Numbered from the stretch's first letter, positions 30,255 to 39,810 are shown. The stretch: DNA of 64,000 bases from Pyrodictiaceae archaeon (GCA_027036135.1 JALVSY010000007.1:1173480-1237479); one strand, 5' to 3'. The notes: generated by a model not told the origin, from the letters alone. Translations and numbers: made by a program.

Positions 30255-30719
30255 TTGACGCATCTATCCCCGGGCCAAGAGGCACCCGACTTCGAGGCAG
30301 TACTCCATACCGGTGAGAAGATAAGGCTAAGCGATCTACGAGGCAAGATAGTTGTTCTCTACTTCTACCCACGCGCTATGACTAGCGGGTGCACGAGAGA
30401 GGCAATGAGGTTCAACGAGCTACTAGACGAGTTAGAGAAACTAGGAGCCATAGTACTCGGTGCCTCAACGGATCCCGTTGAGAGGAATAAGAGGTTCGCA
30501 GAGAAGCTGGGGCTGCGCTTCAAGCTAATAAGCGACCCAGAGGGCGAGATAGCGAGGCTTTACGGCGTACTCAAAGAAGGTACCAAGAGGCCTAGCGCAC
30601 AGAGAGTAACCTTTGTGATTGACCCAGAGGGTAGAATAGTTGAAGTGATAAAGGTTAGGCCGGCGGAGAAGCACGCCGACAGGGCACTGGAAGTGGTGAA
30701 GAAGCTGACTAGTGCATAA
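30255..30719 (+). CDS. bcp: Peroxiredoxin BCP
   Basis: YFYPRAMTSGCTREA, RVTFVID. Confidence 0.95.
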   Translation: MTHLSPGQEAPDFEAVLHTGEKIRLSDLRGKIVVLYFYPRAMTSGCTREAMRFNELLDELEKLGAIVLGASTDPVERNKRFAEKLGLRFKLISDPEGEIARLYGVLKEGTKRPSAQRVTFVIDPEGRIVEVIKVRPAEKHADRALEVVKKLTSA

Positions 30720-31497
30720 TGTATACGAGGGCCTTTGTAGCCGGGATAGTCGCGGCGCGCGCAGCGGCGTCACGGCCAAGCATTATGGTTCCATCGTCTC
30801 GCTCGAGGAGGGGCCTCACACTATTCTTCTCAATGAGTATTGTTAGTTTTTCTCTGCTATCCTGGCAGAATATTGTCGCGCGGACGTTTGGTACCTGGAG
30901 TATCTCTGCTGCTATATCAGCGCACGTGGTCTCGGGCTTATCGAACATTATCCTATCGCCCCTAGCAACGATAGCCATGACTGATAATGGGTTATAGTCC
31001 TCTGATATGTTGCGCAGTGCACGCAGCTTCTCCTCAATAACAGCCGGAGCGGGAGCAGGGGACAAGGTAGGTGCTGGAGCAGCAGGGGAAGTAGCTGATG
31101 CACTCTGTACTGGCGCCTCTAGCGTCGGTGCAAGTAGTTCTATCAAGTCCTTTATCGCCTCCACGCCCTTTGCTAGTAGTGTTGCTGGCTCGGCTCCGAA
31201 GTCCAGGGTAGTCTCCGCCCTGGTAAGCTCAACTATCTCTATGGTTCCTCTTCGCTGGAGCACTCTCCGTGCAAGCTCGGTGATGCACTCCTCGCCCCGG
31301 GCATACCTGCCGCCGAGATCTGCTAGGCAACCAGCCCTACCATCATCAGAGACCTCTAGCATAAAGAGTGAGCCATCTGGTACCCTGTAGACGAGCCTAC
31401 CATTGCCTAGTCTTAGTAGCTCTCGTAGAGCATCTACAAACGATATACGGGACGCCTCGCCGCTCCAGAGCCTACGACCCCTCGAGGGATATACCAA
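30709..31497 (-). CDS. Tandem PATAN/DUF2226-like domain protein
   Basis: Two similar alpha/beta units (..G+L...hh.h..G....h...G..A/C) joined by a Pro/Ala linker. Confidence 0.5.
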   Translation of the reverse strand: MVYPSRGRRLWSGEASRISFVDALRELLRLGNGRLVYRVPDGSLFMLEVSDDGRAGCLADLGGRYARGEECITELARRVLQRRGTIEIVELTRAETTLDFGAEPATLLAKGVEAIKDLIELLAPTLEAPVQSASATSPAAPAPTLSPAPAPAVIEEKLRALRNISEDYNPLSVMAIVARGDRIMFDKPETTCADIAAEILQVPNVRATIFCQDSREKLTILIEKNSVRPLLERDDGTIMLGRDAAARAATIPATKALVYIMH

Positions 31498-31573
31498 GAC
31501 CCCACCCTGCTACTACTTCAATAGTTACTAGGCCAGCTTGGTCTAAAACAGTTTTACCCCCTGACGAGGAAGC

Positions 31574-32356
31574 CTACTTAGACTTAGCAACAGCCAGTGC
31601 ATAGCTAACAGCTATCGGTAGGGCACCAGCAACAGCAGCCTCCCCCATGGGGAACTTGAAGATGGCAGCGGCTAGGAAGTATATCACCGCACCAAGAGTA
31701 GCAGCTCCGAGACCGATACCGAGGGGTAGCCTAGGCGCTTCAGCAGCGACAGCCTTCTCCTGCTCCGGTCTCGGTGCAGCCGCAGCCTCCTTGGCGGCTT
31801 CGGCTTCTACGGGCTCTAGGCGCTCCTCTACTAAGCGGAGCCTAGTGCCACAGTTAGGACAAGTCCTTATCGATAGGTCTGCTCCGCAGAACGGGCAGCT
31901 AGCTACACCAAAAGGCACTCTCCTACCACACCGTGGACAAGTCTGCGTAAAGACCTCTAATAGGGCGCCGCACTTGGGGCACTGGAGTGGCTTGCCCTCA
32001 ACTATTCTCCGTACAGGTGCTAGTAGGGCGCTAATCGCGCCCGGCTCCCCCAGTATGGCGACGGTATAGCCCTCACCTATATCCGCTACGAGGAGTGACT
32101 TATCGCGATGACTAGCAAGTATTACTGATGCTTTGCCAGCAAGAGCCCTACTAGTAACAGTCTCAACATATCCTGCTGAGAGAGATGCAAGCTCCTCCGC
32201 GTATGGCTGCATATCTGGGTTAGGGGCCTCCACGCTATACACCAGGCCCTCGTGTGCACCAACAACTATGTCGACTCCATCGACAGCCGCGGCTAGAGTA
32301 ACAATAGCAGTTAGCTTGTTCTCAGGAGTACTCAGCGGAGCAACCTCCATGCCCAC
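31574..32356 (-). CDS. Roadblock/LC7-like + double zinc ribbon + TM protein
   Basis: VDGV.IVV..HEGLV...EELASL roadblock pattern; four CxxC pairs; C-terminal hydrophobic hairpin. Confidence 0.65.
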   Translation of the reverse strand: MGMEVAPLSTPENKLTAIVTLAAAVDGVDIVVGAHEGLVYSVEAPNPDMQPYAEELASLSAGYVETVTSRALAGKASVILASHRDKSLLVADIGEGYTVAILGEPGAISALLAPVRRIVEGKPLQCPKCGALLEVFTQTCPRCGRRVPFGVASCPFCGADLSIRTCPNCGTRLRLVEERLEPVEAEAAKEAAAAPRPEQEKAVAAEAPRLPLGIGLGAATLGAVIYFLAAAIFKFPMGEAAVAGALPIAVSYALAVAKSK

Positions 32357-32470
32357 TACAAGTCCCTCCCACTACCTATTATCCACGAGGGGTGAAAAGC
32401 CTCACGTTTTCTAAAGAAAGAGAGTTCATTAATACGAGGACGTATCGGAGACCTCTGATAATGTCTAGCC

Positions 32471-33568
32471 CTACCTAATACCTATTACGGAGGGAAGCGA
32501 CACCGATGGTACTCTTCTCTTCTCGGCAACGTCCCTCACGAATACCTGGTACATCCCCTTCACGATGTCCTCGCCTAGGCTGCTCCATATATTGTTGAGT
32601 TCGCGGTACTCATTAGCCTCTAGCATGCCGAGTTCGTGCATAGCCTTGGGGGGCCAGGTGGGCTCGTAGCCGCGCTCCTTCTCGTGCTCCACTACCTCTA
32701 GCCAATAATCCATCGTAGCAGCTGGTAGGCCCTGGAATGGCCCCATACCGGTAAACGTGAACGATACGAGCTGGAACCCGTACCAGACAGGTGTCCACAG
32801 TACCCATGAGAGGTACTCCCTTGGGAGCCTCGATGGTATAAGCGGGAGCGGTAGCTCGCTGGGCTCTGGTGCTTTTAGCTCTATTCCAGCTAGGCTAAGG
32901 GAGTCAACGGGCATGTAGTGAGCGTCACGAGCAGGTATAACTGCTAGGGCATAGTCCTCGCTACCCATTATAGCTGCTGTCTCTATGTCGAACAAGTATA
33001 CCCACTTAGAGCCATCAATGGCCCCGTACGCGGTGTTAGCTGTCGTGACATCAACGTGTACTACGTCGGCTAGGTCTAGGCACGCCAATGCCTTGAGAAC
33101 GTCACGGGCCATAGAGATCCTTGTTGAGAGATTGTTCTCGGCTAGATATGCTCTCAGCTCCTCAAAGCTATTAGCTATATCGGCCAGCGTCCGGAAATCC
33201 TCGATATAGCGGAACACAAGGACAGCGCTATCACGGTAAGCCCCCACGGCCACGGGGAAGCCCCTACTCAGTAGGCTCTGAGGTAAACCTCCACAACGAT
33301 GACGAAGCCTCACTAGGCGGCTAAGCATCTCAGCTACTCTCTCAACTGGCTTAGCGAGCTCCGTCTGTTTCTGAGTAAACACCTTCACAACGTACTTCTT
33401 GCCAATTATCCTGGCCTCGTAGATATCTGCTTCGCCGCCACTATCGATCATCTCCCACTCATCGGTATCAGTCTCTACTACGCCCCTATCGTAGAACACG
33501 AGGCTCAGCTTCAACCCCGCTACACCTCCCTCCTGCTCAGTACACAGCTGTCTCGCTAAGTCTCTCAA
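32471..33568 (-). CDS. Ser/Thr protein kinase (TerY-P-associated type)
   Basis: SGGEADIY Gly-loop, VVKVF Lys, VHVDVTTAN catalytic loop, FDIE Mg-binding motif. Confidence 0.85.
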   Translation of the reverse strand: MRDLARQLCTEQEGGVAGLKLSLVFYDRGVVETDTDEWEMIDSGGEADIYEARIIGKKYVVKVFTQKQTELAKPVERVAEMLSRLVRLRHRCGGLPQSLLSRGFPVAVGAYRDSAVLVFRYIEDFRTLADIANSFEELRAYLAENNLSTRISMARDVLKALACLDLADVVHVDVTTANTAYGAIDGSKWVYLFDIETAAIMGSEDYALAVIPARDAHYMPVDSLSLAGIELKAPEPSELPLPLIPSRLPREYLSWVLWTPVWYGFQLVSFTFTGMGPFQGLPAATMDYWLEVVEHEKERGYEPTWPPKAMHELGMLEANEYRELNNIWSSLGEDIVKGMYQVFVRDVAEKRRVPSVSLPSVIGIR

Positions 33569-34328
33569 CGAAGCGCCTCACAGCCTCCTCCCACTCCTTG
33601 GTTATCCTATCATTCTGGGGTGCATCGATGAACATCTTCTCGTGGTAAGGCGGGTCAACTATGTTCAGTAATCCTCTCTCTTCGAGTACTTTTCTCTGCG
33701 CGTCCCGGAGAAACGAGGCTATTGCTCTGAGGGTCTCGCGGTCAGCGTCTAGCCCGAGAGCTATTGTTGCAAGCCCTATCCGGTTCCGGGGATTAAGGGC
33801 TTGTAGCTTCTCGCGGAGCTCGTTATTAATCCGGTCAGCCTCCTCTAGTACGTCCTCCGGGGTTCTCTTAGTCTCCTTTCCATCTGTGAAGAGGAAGACT
33901 GTCACGTATTTCTCCGAGGGTAGTTCCTTGTCCTCTATATACTCCTCTATAACTCTGCCAGCAGCCTGGAGAGCATCAGCCATCGCTGTCATTCCATAGG
34001 GTCTGTTCTTATTCAGGCTCTCCCTGAAAGCCTTGAGCGCCGGATTGCTCTCAACTACGGGGAAGTACTTCCTCCCATCCCTCTCCACAATGTATACGTC
34101 GTCACTAAACCATACAAACCCTACGCGGAATACTGGGGCCATGCTGCTCCTACTAAGCCTCTGAGTAAGCTTCTCTACTAGCCCGACTAGGTGCTCCCAT
34201 TTGCCTCGATGATCGTATGTCTTAGGCTCGCTCATACTGAGAGAGCGGTCAAGCACAAAGAGAACTAGCACCGTGTAGCTAAGGGGCCTACGCTTCAAGA
34301 CCCTCAACATGCTCGAGGGAATAGCCAT
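33537..34328 (-). CDS. vWA domain protein (TerY-like)
   Basis: MIDAS DRSLS, GMTAMADAL, FLFTDG. Confidence 0.9.
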   Translation of the reverse strand: MAIPSSMLRVLKRRPLSYTVLVLFVLDRSLSMSEPKTYDHRGKWEHLVGLVEKLTQRLSRSSMAPVFRVGFVWFSDDVYIVERDGRKYFPVVESNPALKAFRESLNKNRPYGMTAMADALQAAGRVIEEYIEDKELPSEKYVTVFLFTDGKETKRTPEDVLEEADRINNELREKLQALNPRNRIGLATIALGLDADRETLRAIASFLRDAQRKVLEERGLLNIVDPPYHEKMFIDAPQNDRITKEWEEAVRRFVERLSETAVY

Positions 34329-34385
34329 GCTGCACGCCTCCTACATTCCCCTACAAGGAATCTAGGGCTATGCGGGGTCTTCTCG

Positions 34386-35153
34386 CTACTTACCCTCCTC
34401 CTTAGCCTTCTCTATCACCGTTAGCACCGCCAGGCCTCCACCGATACTGGCATAGATTATCGCGGAGTCGCTAACCATTGCTAGCCTCTGCACAGAGCCC
34501 GTTCCAAGGCTTGTTGAGAGCCCGTTAAGCGCTTTGACACCCTCTATGAATAGCTTGGCTAGCTTCTCTGCCTCCTCGTCCGCGACGCCATCAACCGCTA
34601 CCACTTTGTTCTCCTCAAGGTTCAGTGCAAGGCTGCGAATACTAGCGGCCTCTACCTGGCCCGGGCCAGCATGGGCTAGGCTTAGCAACTTCAATAACTC
34701 CACGAAGATGTCTCCAAGTCTCCCGCCAGGTATCCTTGGCTGAAGAGTGGCTGGGAACATACTGATAATAGTGGTGGCGACCCGGTTAACTGCTCTGCCT
34801 AGTGCTTCTCCTCCGTACTGGTCTATGAGCTTGCCCTCGGCCTCAGCCTCCACGTAGACTCTGCAACGAGGGCCACGGGGAAGAGCGGTGATCACTAGCC
34901 TGCCCTTAGCGTCCCCCCTTAGCTCGTAGACGAGGCTATCACCGGAGCGATTCATCCTTACCTCTACTCGGAGCTTGCCCTTGCGCGGAGACGCAAACGT
35001 AAGCACATATGATTCCTTCTTCTCGCCCTTCTCGATAAGCCTACCCATGCTCTCGAAGTAGAAACCTGGCTCACGCCCAGCCAGGGACCTTAGTACCTGG
35101 TCGCAGTCAGCGTGGACATCGAGTACTACTTCTCGCTTAGCCTTCGCCACCAC
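34386..35153 (-). CDS. SRPBCC/CoxG-like + Roadblock-like fusion protein
   Basis: N-terminal beta-rich helix-grip pattern; C-terminal EAEKLA...LGTGSVQRL...IIYASIGGG roadblock pattern. Confidence 0.5.
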   Translation of the reverse strand: MVAKAKREVVLDVHADCDQVLRSLAGREPGFYFESMGRLIEKGEKKESYVLTFASPRKGKLRVEVRMNRSGDSLVYELRGDAKGRLVITALPRGPRCRVYVEAEAEGKLIDQYGGEALGRAVNRVATTIISMFPATLQPRIPGGRLGDIFVELLKLLSLAHAGPGQVEAASIRSLALNLEENKVVAVDGVADEEAEKLAKLFIEGVKALNGLSTSLGTGSVQRLAMVSDSAIIYASIGGGLAVLTVIEKAKEEGK

Positions 35154-35267
35154 TTGTTCCCCGCGAGGAGGATATAGGGTTATAGGTGACGCTTAAAACA
35201 CGTAGGTTTCTGGGCAGACTTTCCCCCTAAGCAAGAACCAAGAGGCCTTGCCCAGAAACCCTATGGG

Positions 35268-36110
35268 GTGTCAATTGTGCCCTGGATGGCATGGGTAGCT
35301 ACGTACAATACTGTCCACGGAGAGGACGATATAGGTGTATGGGTTAGCCGTGGCGGAGACTACGGCGCAGCAATGGTGGCAGACGGTGTCTCAGCGACGG
35401 GTGGTGGCGGTGCCTCGTTTCTCGCAGTCTCCTCAATGCTCCTTGCCTGTCGCCTACTATTGCCTCGAGGCCTCTCCTTCGCAACCATGCGTGAGTGCCT
35501 AAGCCGCGTAGACTCTATAGCCCGTGAGACGCTCGTAGAGGATGCTGCTGTTGTAGCTGAGATAAAGAAGCGATACTACTCGGATTGCAGCAAGAACGGG
35601 GAGCCTTGTACACGGCCACTAGGAGTAGACGATGTGATAAAGATAGGGTACATAGAGCCAAGCCAGCGGAGAGGGGAAGGGGCGCCATCATCGACGCTGC
35701 TAGCGGCACTCTTCAGCGGCTCGAATATCGGCTTCCTCCTCCTAGGCGATGGCGTGGTAATGTCGACGGGGGCTACTGCTAGGCGGGAAGAGCTATGGGT
35801 GGCTTGGGGCGCGCTTCCCCAGTTCTACCAAGGAGTAAAGGTCATGAGGTACATAGCTCTGGGCGAGGGCGCCCGGGGACACCCAGTGCTCCTACTATCC
35901 GATAGTGAGCCCGGGAGGGTATACGCAGTTGCCACTGACGGGGTTGACCCAGCAGCGCTGGCAGAGGCTTTGAACGCTATAGCTGATCGGTTGGACAGAA
36001 TGGCGGCAGAGGGCACTAATCCCGCAGCAGAGGTACTTAGACAAGTAAGAGCAAAAGTAGGTAGACTAGAGGATGACGCCTCAGTAGCGCTCGTCTATCA
36101 TGCCCGGTGA
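35268..36110 (+). CDS. PP2C (PPM) family protein phosphatase
   Basis: GEDD, VADGVS, SSTL, LGDG, ATDGV, EDDAS motifs. Confidence 0.88.
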   Translation: MSIVPWMAWVATYNTVHGEDDIGVWVSRGGDYGAAMVADGVSATGGGGASFLAVSSMLLACRLLLPRGLSFATMRECLSRVDSIARETLVEDAAVVAEIKKRYYSDCSKNGEPCTRPLGVDDVIKIGYIEPSQRRGEGAPSSTLLAALFSGSNIGFLLLGDGVVMSTGATARREELWVAWGALPQFYQGVKVMRYIALGEGARGHPVLLLSDSEPGRVYAVATDGVDPAALAEALNAIADRLDRMAAEGTNPAAEVLRQVRAKVGRLEDDASVALVYHAR

Positions 36111-36172
36111 TACCGTATGTATTTATGTATCTAGACAAGGGTTTCGTGAGATAAAAACAGGACGTTATAGAA

Positions 36173-36754
36173 CTATATTGTTACAGCGCTTATATCGTAT
36201 ATTGTTACCGAGACACTTCTATCCTTAAGCGCTGCCTCGAGAACACTCTTAGCCTGAGCCGGGCTTAGAGGAGCACCGAGCTTAGCAGCAGCTATTATTG
36301 TCGCCCCTTTTGAGACGAAGAAGTAGTCGCTAGCCCCTATGTGGAACCGTAGGAGCAGTGTACCGGGCCTCTTAACTATCTTTGCTAGCTCTGCTCTATC
36401 AGCCCTGCCGCGATAGAGTATAGGCGCCTTGAGAACCACCTCAACGATACGGGATATGTCTGAGAGCTTCTGTGATAGATCATTGCTGCATTTGTCCTCG
36501 GACACACCGAGTATCTCTTCCTCCCTAGGCTTGAAGGACTCAACAGTACCGCCAGCCTTTATGCGCAGCAATGCCTTACCAAGTCTCTCGACGCTGTATC
36601 CCCTCCTACGGGCCCATATCTCTATGAGCTTCTCTACGGCCTCGTCAACATTGATTACTGCTTCACCCGTCTTTTTCACGAGGTCCTCTATGCTCCAGTA
36701 GGGTATGAAGCCGCCCATACCTCTTAGATCGAGTACACTAGCGTCCCGGGCCAT
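36173..36754 (-). CDS. TusA/SirA-like (Cys-less) + PATAN-like protein
   Basis: VLDLRG..G..P...WARRRGY TusA pattern without CPxP; C-terminal alpha/beta domain. Confidence 0.45.
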   Translation of the reverse strand: MARDASVLDLRGMGGFIPYWSIEDLVKKTGEAVINVDEAVEKLIEIWARRRGYSVERLGKALLRIKAGGTVESFKPREEEILGVSEDKCSNDLSQKLSDISRIVEVVLKAPILYRGRADRAELAKIVKRPGTLLLRFHIGASDYFFVSKGATIIAAAKLGAPLSPAQAKSVLEAALKDRSVSVTIYDISAVTI

Positions 36755-36760
36755 AGCTCG

Positions 36761-38239
36761 TCACCACTTCGAAAGTGCTTGGAGGAGCTTCGATACCTTC
36801 TCTTTTCCTCTTAGGAGCGGGCCGTGTCTCGGAGCAATAGTTGATACGTCGAGGCTAGTGACTCTCTCGAGCCATTCCCGTAGAGCATTCTTGCCAACGC
36901 TGAACTCTAGGTAGCTCTTAACCATCTCTATGTACTCGTCTAGCTCCTCGACATAGATGCTCCAGAGACCAGGCGGGGAGACCGCGCCGAGGGACTCACC
37001 AGCGAAGAGTATTCGTGAGCGCGGGTCATAGAGGCTCAGAGTAGCTACCCCCCTTACCCTTGAGGGTATGATACTGATCTCTCCCCCGCCGAGCCTTATG
37101 GAGCCAGGCCGGGCTGGGAGCAAGTTAACCTGCCCAGGGTTAGGGAGCAGTGGCGCGAGAAGAGAACCCCAGTAGGAGGAAGCATGGAGCGTGGCATGGC
37201 TAGCCTTCTCTACTAGCTCGTTGAGCGTTACGGCCACGTCTGCCTCGGCTGCCGTGACTACTATGTGGCGCACGTTATCCAGGTCCTGGACAATGTTTCG
37301 AAGAGCACGTATGAACCTAGGCCCACCGCTCGGATCCACTACGAGTGCCTCGTAGCCGGAGACAACTATATAGGTATTAGGCATGAGGCCGCCATAGTCG
37401 GGCTTCGCTACGCCGCCGACCCAGTAGACTCGGTGGTTCTCCTCCACGTAGATGGGCTCGGCCTCGAACAAGTACATCTCAGCGGAGCCGGTAAGGCTCC
37501 AAGCCTTAATCCTCACGCGGTGCTCGGGGGGCCTTGCTGCAAGCGTTATTGCTCTCTGTCCCTCGGCTTTCTCCTCGCCGACCTCTGCGTATATCCCGGT
37601 TATCCTGTTTCCCCTAATCACTAGGCGTAATAGGTAGGAGCCACGGTAATCAGTTACCTCTACGAAGTAGTCGTCGGGGCCTAGTAGCGCTATTACGCGT
37701 TGAGCGGCCTCCAGCACGGTGTTCCGGACAGGTGTGAAGCTATCATAGTAGGCTAGCGTAGCCGTGCTCGGCAGTATAGCTGTTAGTGCAGCCAATTTAT
37801 TGTCATCTGGTGTAAGCTCGATTACTGGCGAGGAACTAGCTATTCTTTCTGCCAGCTTCTCGGCCATGTGCCTTACTATGTTATCAACTATCTTTGCGGC
37901 ACCACCCGCGCCGCCACCACTCACAACTATATGAGCCCCCTCACCAGTGTCGATGACATCTATGGCGAGGATTAGTGAGTCAACGCCCCCCTTGGCGACA
38001 AGTATCTCGGTTTCATCTGTCTCGTAGAGCTTGTACTCCAGCCTAGCCCTCCTATGCCCCATGAATCTAGCCAGCCTAGGCACCTTGACTACCATGTAGT
38101 TCGTGCCTATCTCCTCTATCGGCTCAGCGCCCTTCATTAACTCGATGATATTCACTATCTTCCTCACACTCTCCGGGTCAAGCGGCACAATAATCTTTGC
38201 CGCACCCTTCTCGATACTCATTGTTGGCTTAAGGCTCAT
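36761..38239 (-). CDS. SRPBCC-like + PATAN/DUF2226-like + degenerate ODP/MBL-fold protein
   Basis: C-terminal NTYIV..ALVVDPSG, YDPRSRILFAGE, IAPRHG; the metal motif reads TAAEAD. Confidence 0.65.
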   Translation of the reverse strand: MSLKPTMSIEKGAAKIIVPLDPESVRKIVNIIELMKGAEPIEEIGTNYMVVKVPRLARFMGHRRARLEYKLYETDETEILVAKGGVDSLILAIDVIDTGEGAHIVVSGGGAGGAAKIVDNIVRHMAEKLAERIASSSPVIELTPDDNKLAALTAILPSTATLAYYDSFTPVRNTVLEAAQRVIALLGPDDYFVEVTDYRGSYLLRLVIRGNRITGIYAEVGEEKAEGQRAITLAARPPEHRVRIKAWSLTGSAEMYLFEAEPIYVEENHRVYWVGGVAKPDYGGLMPNTYIVVSGYEALVVDPSGGPRFIRALRNIVQDLDNVRHIVVTAAEADVAVTLNELVEKASHATLHASSYWGSLLAPLLPNPGQVNLLPARPGSIRLGGGEISIIPSRVRGVATLSLYDPRSRILFAGESLGAVSPPGLWSIYVEELDEYIEMVKSYLEFSVGKNALREWLERVTSLDVSTIAPRHGPLLRGKEKVSKLLQALSKW

Positions 38240-38451
38240 TGCCTACTTTACCTCCTCCCCGAGGGGGATAACTCTGTAGCGAAATCCTAAATAGGTGTGC
38301 TTCCCCTGGGCCTGGTAAAGCATACACGGCCCGTAAATAGCCCTTATAGCTATAGGGGTTTGCCTCTGTCCCCTATAAGCCAGCTAGAGGATTACGCCAC
38401 GGCTAGGCTAAAAAAACTAAGCCAGATAAGGCACAGCGAGGTCTATTAATA

Positions 38452-39645
38452 CTACATCCCTGTAGCTGGTATGGGTCCGAGCCCTGTGCTGCCGTGATGC
38501 TGTATTACTACTCCCTCGTCTCTCTTCTCATAGAGCAGCGGGTTCGCTACGGGGTCTCTCACAAGGAATAACGGGGAATCGAGATCAACGTACCGTGTAG
38601 CGCTACTGGTTACTGCTGCGTGGTAGGCCTGGGCTATGCCTAGCCCTGTCTCAGCCATACAGCCCCACATAGCCTCTAGGCCACTGGCCTCCAGTAAAGC
38701 GGCGGCCCTAGCGCCTTGTAACGGGCCACCGATCTTAGCTATCTTTATGTTAACGACGTCGGCAGCCCTTCTCGCAGCGACCCTTGCTACCTCCTCTAGG
38801 CCACGGGCAGACTCGTCAGCCGCCACCGGTGTCTCAACTCTCTCTCTGACAAACGCTAAGTCCTCTAGCCTACCAGCAGGCACTGGTTGCTCAACTAGCT
38901 CGAGGCTATCACCCATCAACTCCTCTAGTCTCCTAACCACGCGCACAGCTTGCTTCGGGCTCCACGCCTGGTTAGCATCAATCCTTATCCTCGCTCGGCC
39001 CTCCGCGGCGTAGTAGACAGTCTCGGCAAGCATTATATCGAGGACTGGGTCACCCGTGCCGAGCTTGACCTTGAGCACGCTGAAGCCATTAATGCTCGGC
39101 AGGGGTATCGGCGGGTTCTCCGGCGCCTTGTCGCGCTTACCCACGAGGTACTCGATGGACTCTATGAACGCGTCCCTGAGAGCACCGCTACCACGCCTTA
39201 TCTCCTCTAGGACATCCTCGCCCGGTATTGAGACCGTGTAATCGGTCACGAGTCTCTCGTGAATAGCGCCGCCAAGAACAGTGTAGGCGGGGACCCCTAG
39301 TAGCTTTGCGACCGCGTCAACTATGGCTGCCTCGAGGCCTGCCCGGGCAGCGCTGAACCCTGGGCCCCCGGAATGGATCACGCGGAGAGCCTTCCCCATG
39401 TCCTCTGGGAGTCTTATCCCGTTGAGGCGGGGTGCAAGCCCCTCCACATAAGCCTTAGCGGCCTCTATGTTCTCACAAGTAACCTTTGGAGCTGGCGCGG
39501 CCTCTCCGAAGCCGATGGTGCCATCACTTAGCTCGACTCCTACAAAGACGCTACGCGTACGCGAGGATGCTGAGTAATGTATCCGAAACACTCCACGAAT
39601 ATCTGCCTCAACAACCCACGCCCTAACCCTGCGGATAACCGGCAA
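38452..39645 (-). CDS. L-Ala-D/L-Glu dipeptide epimerase-like enolase superfamily enzyme
   Basis: GFGEA, KVKLG, IDANQ, VEQP, ADES, NIK, GCMAE, DLD; TTG 39645 chosen as start. Confidence 0.9.
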   Translation of the reverse strand: MPVIRRVRAWVVEADIRGVFRIHYSASSRTRSVFVGVELSDGTIGFGEAAPAPKVTCENIEAAKAYVEGLAPRLNGIRLPEDMGKALRVIHSGGPGFSAARAGLEAAIVDAVAKLLGVPAYTVLGGAIHERLVTDYTVSIPGEDVLEEIRRGSGALRDAFIESIEYLVGKRDKAPENPPIPLPSINGFSVLKVKLGTGDPVLDIMLAETVYYAAEGRARIRIDANQAWSPKQAVRVVRRLEELMGDSLELVEQPVPAGRLEDLAFVRERVETPVAADESARGLEEVARVAARRAADVVNIKIAKIGGPLQGARAAALLEASGLEAMWGCMAETGLGIAQAYHAAVTSSATRYVDLDSPLFLVRDPVANPLLYEKRDEGVVIQHHGSTGLGPIPATGM

Positions 39646-39810
39646 CGTGCCCGAGCCCTCGCTACTAGGTAATATGCGCCGAGCCAGGCGCGGCCTCACG
39701 TACATAGTGGTCAACACTAGATATAGGAGTGGCGCCAGCCAAGACAAGGAACCAGATACTATCCCGCGCAAGTGATAAGCGGGATGCAGAAGTAGCGGTG
39801 CTAGCGAGTC

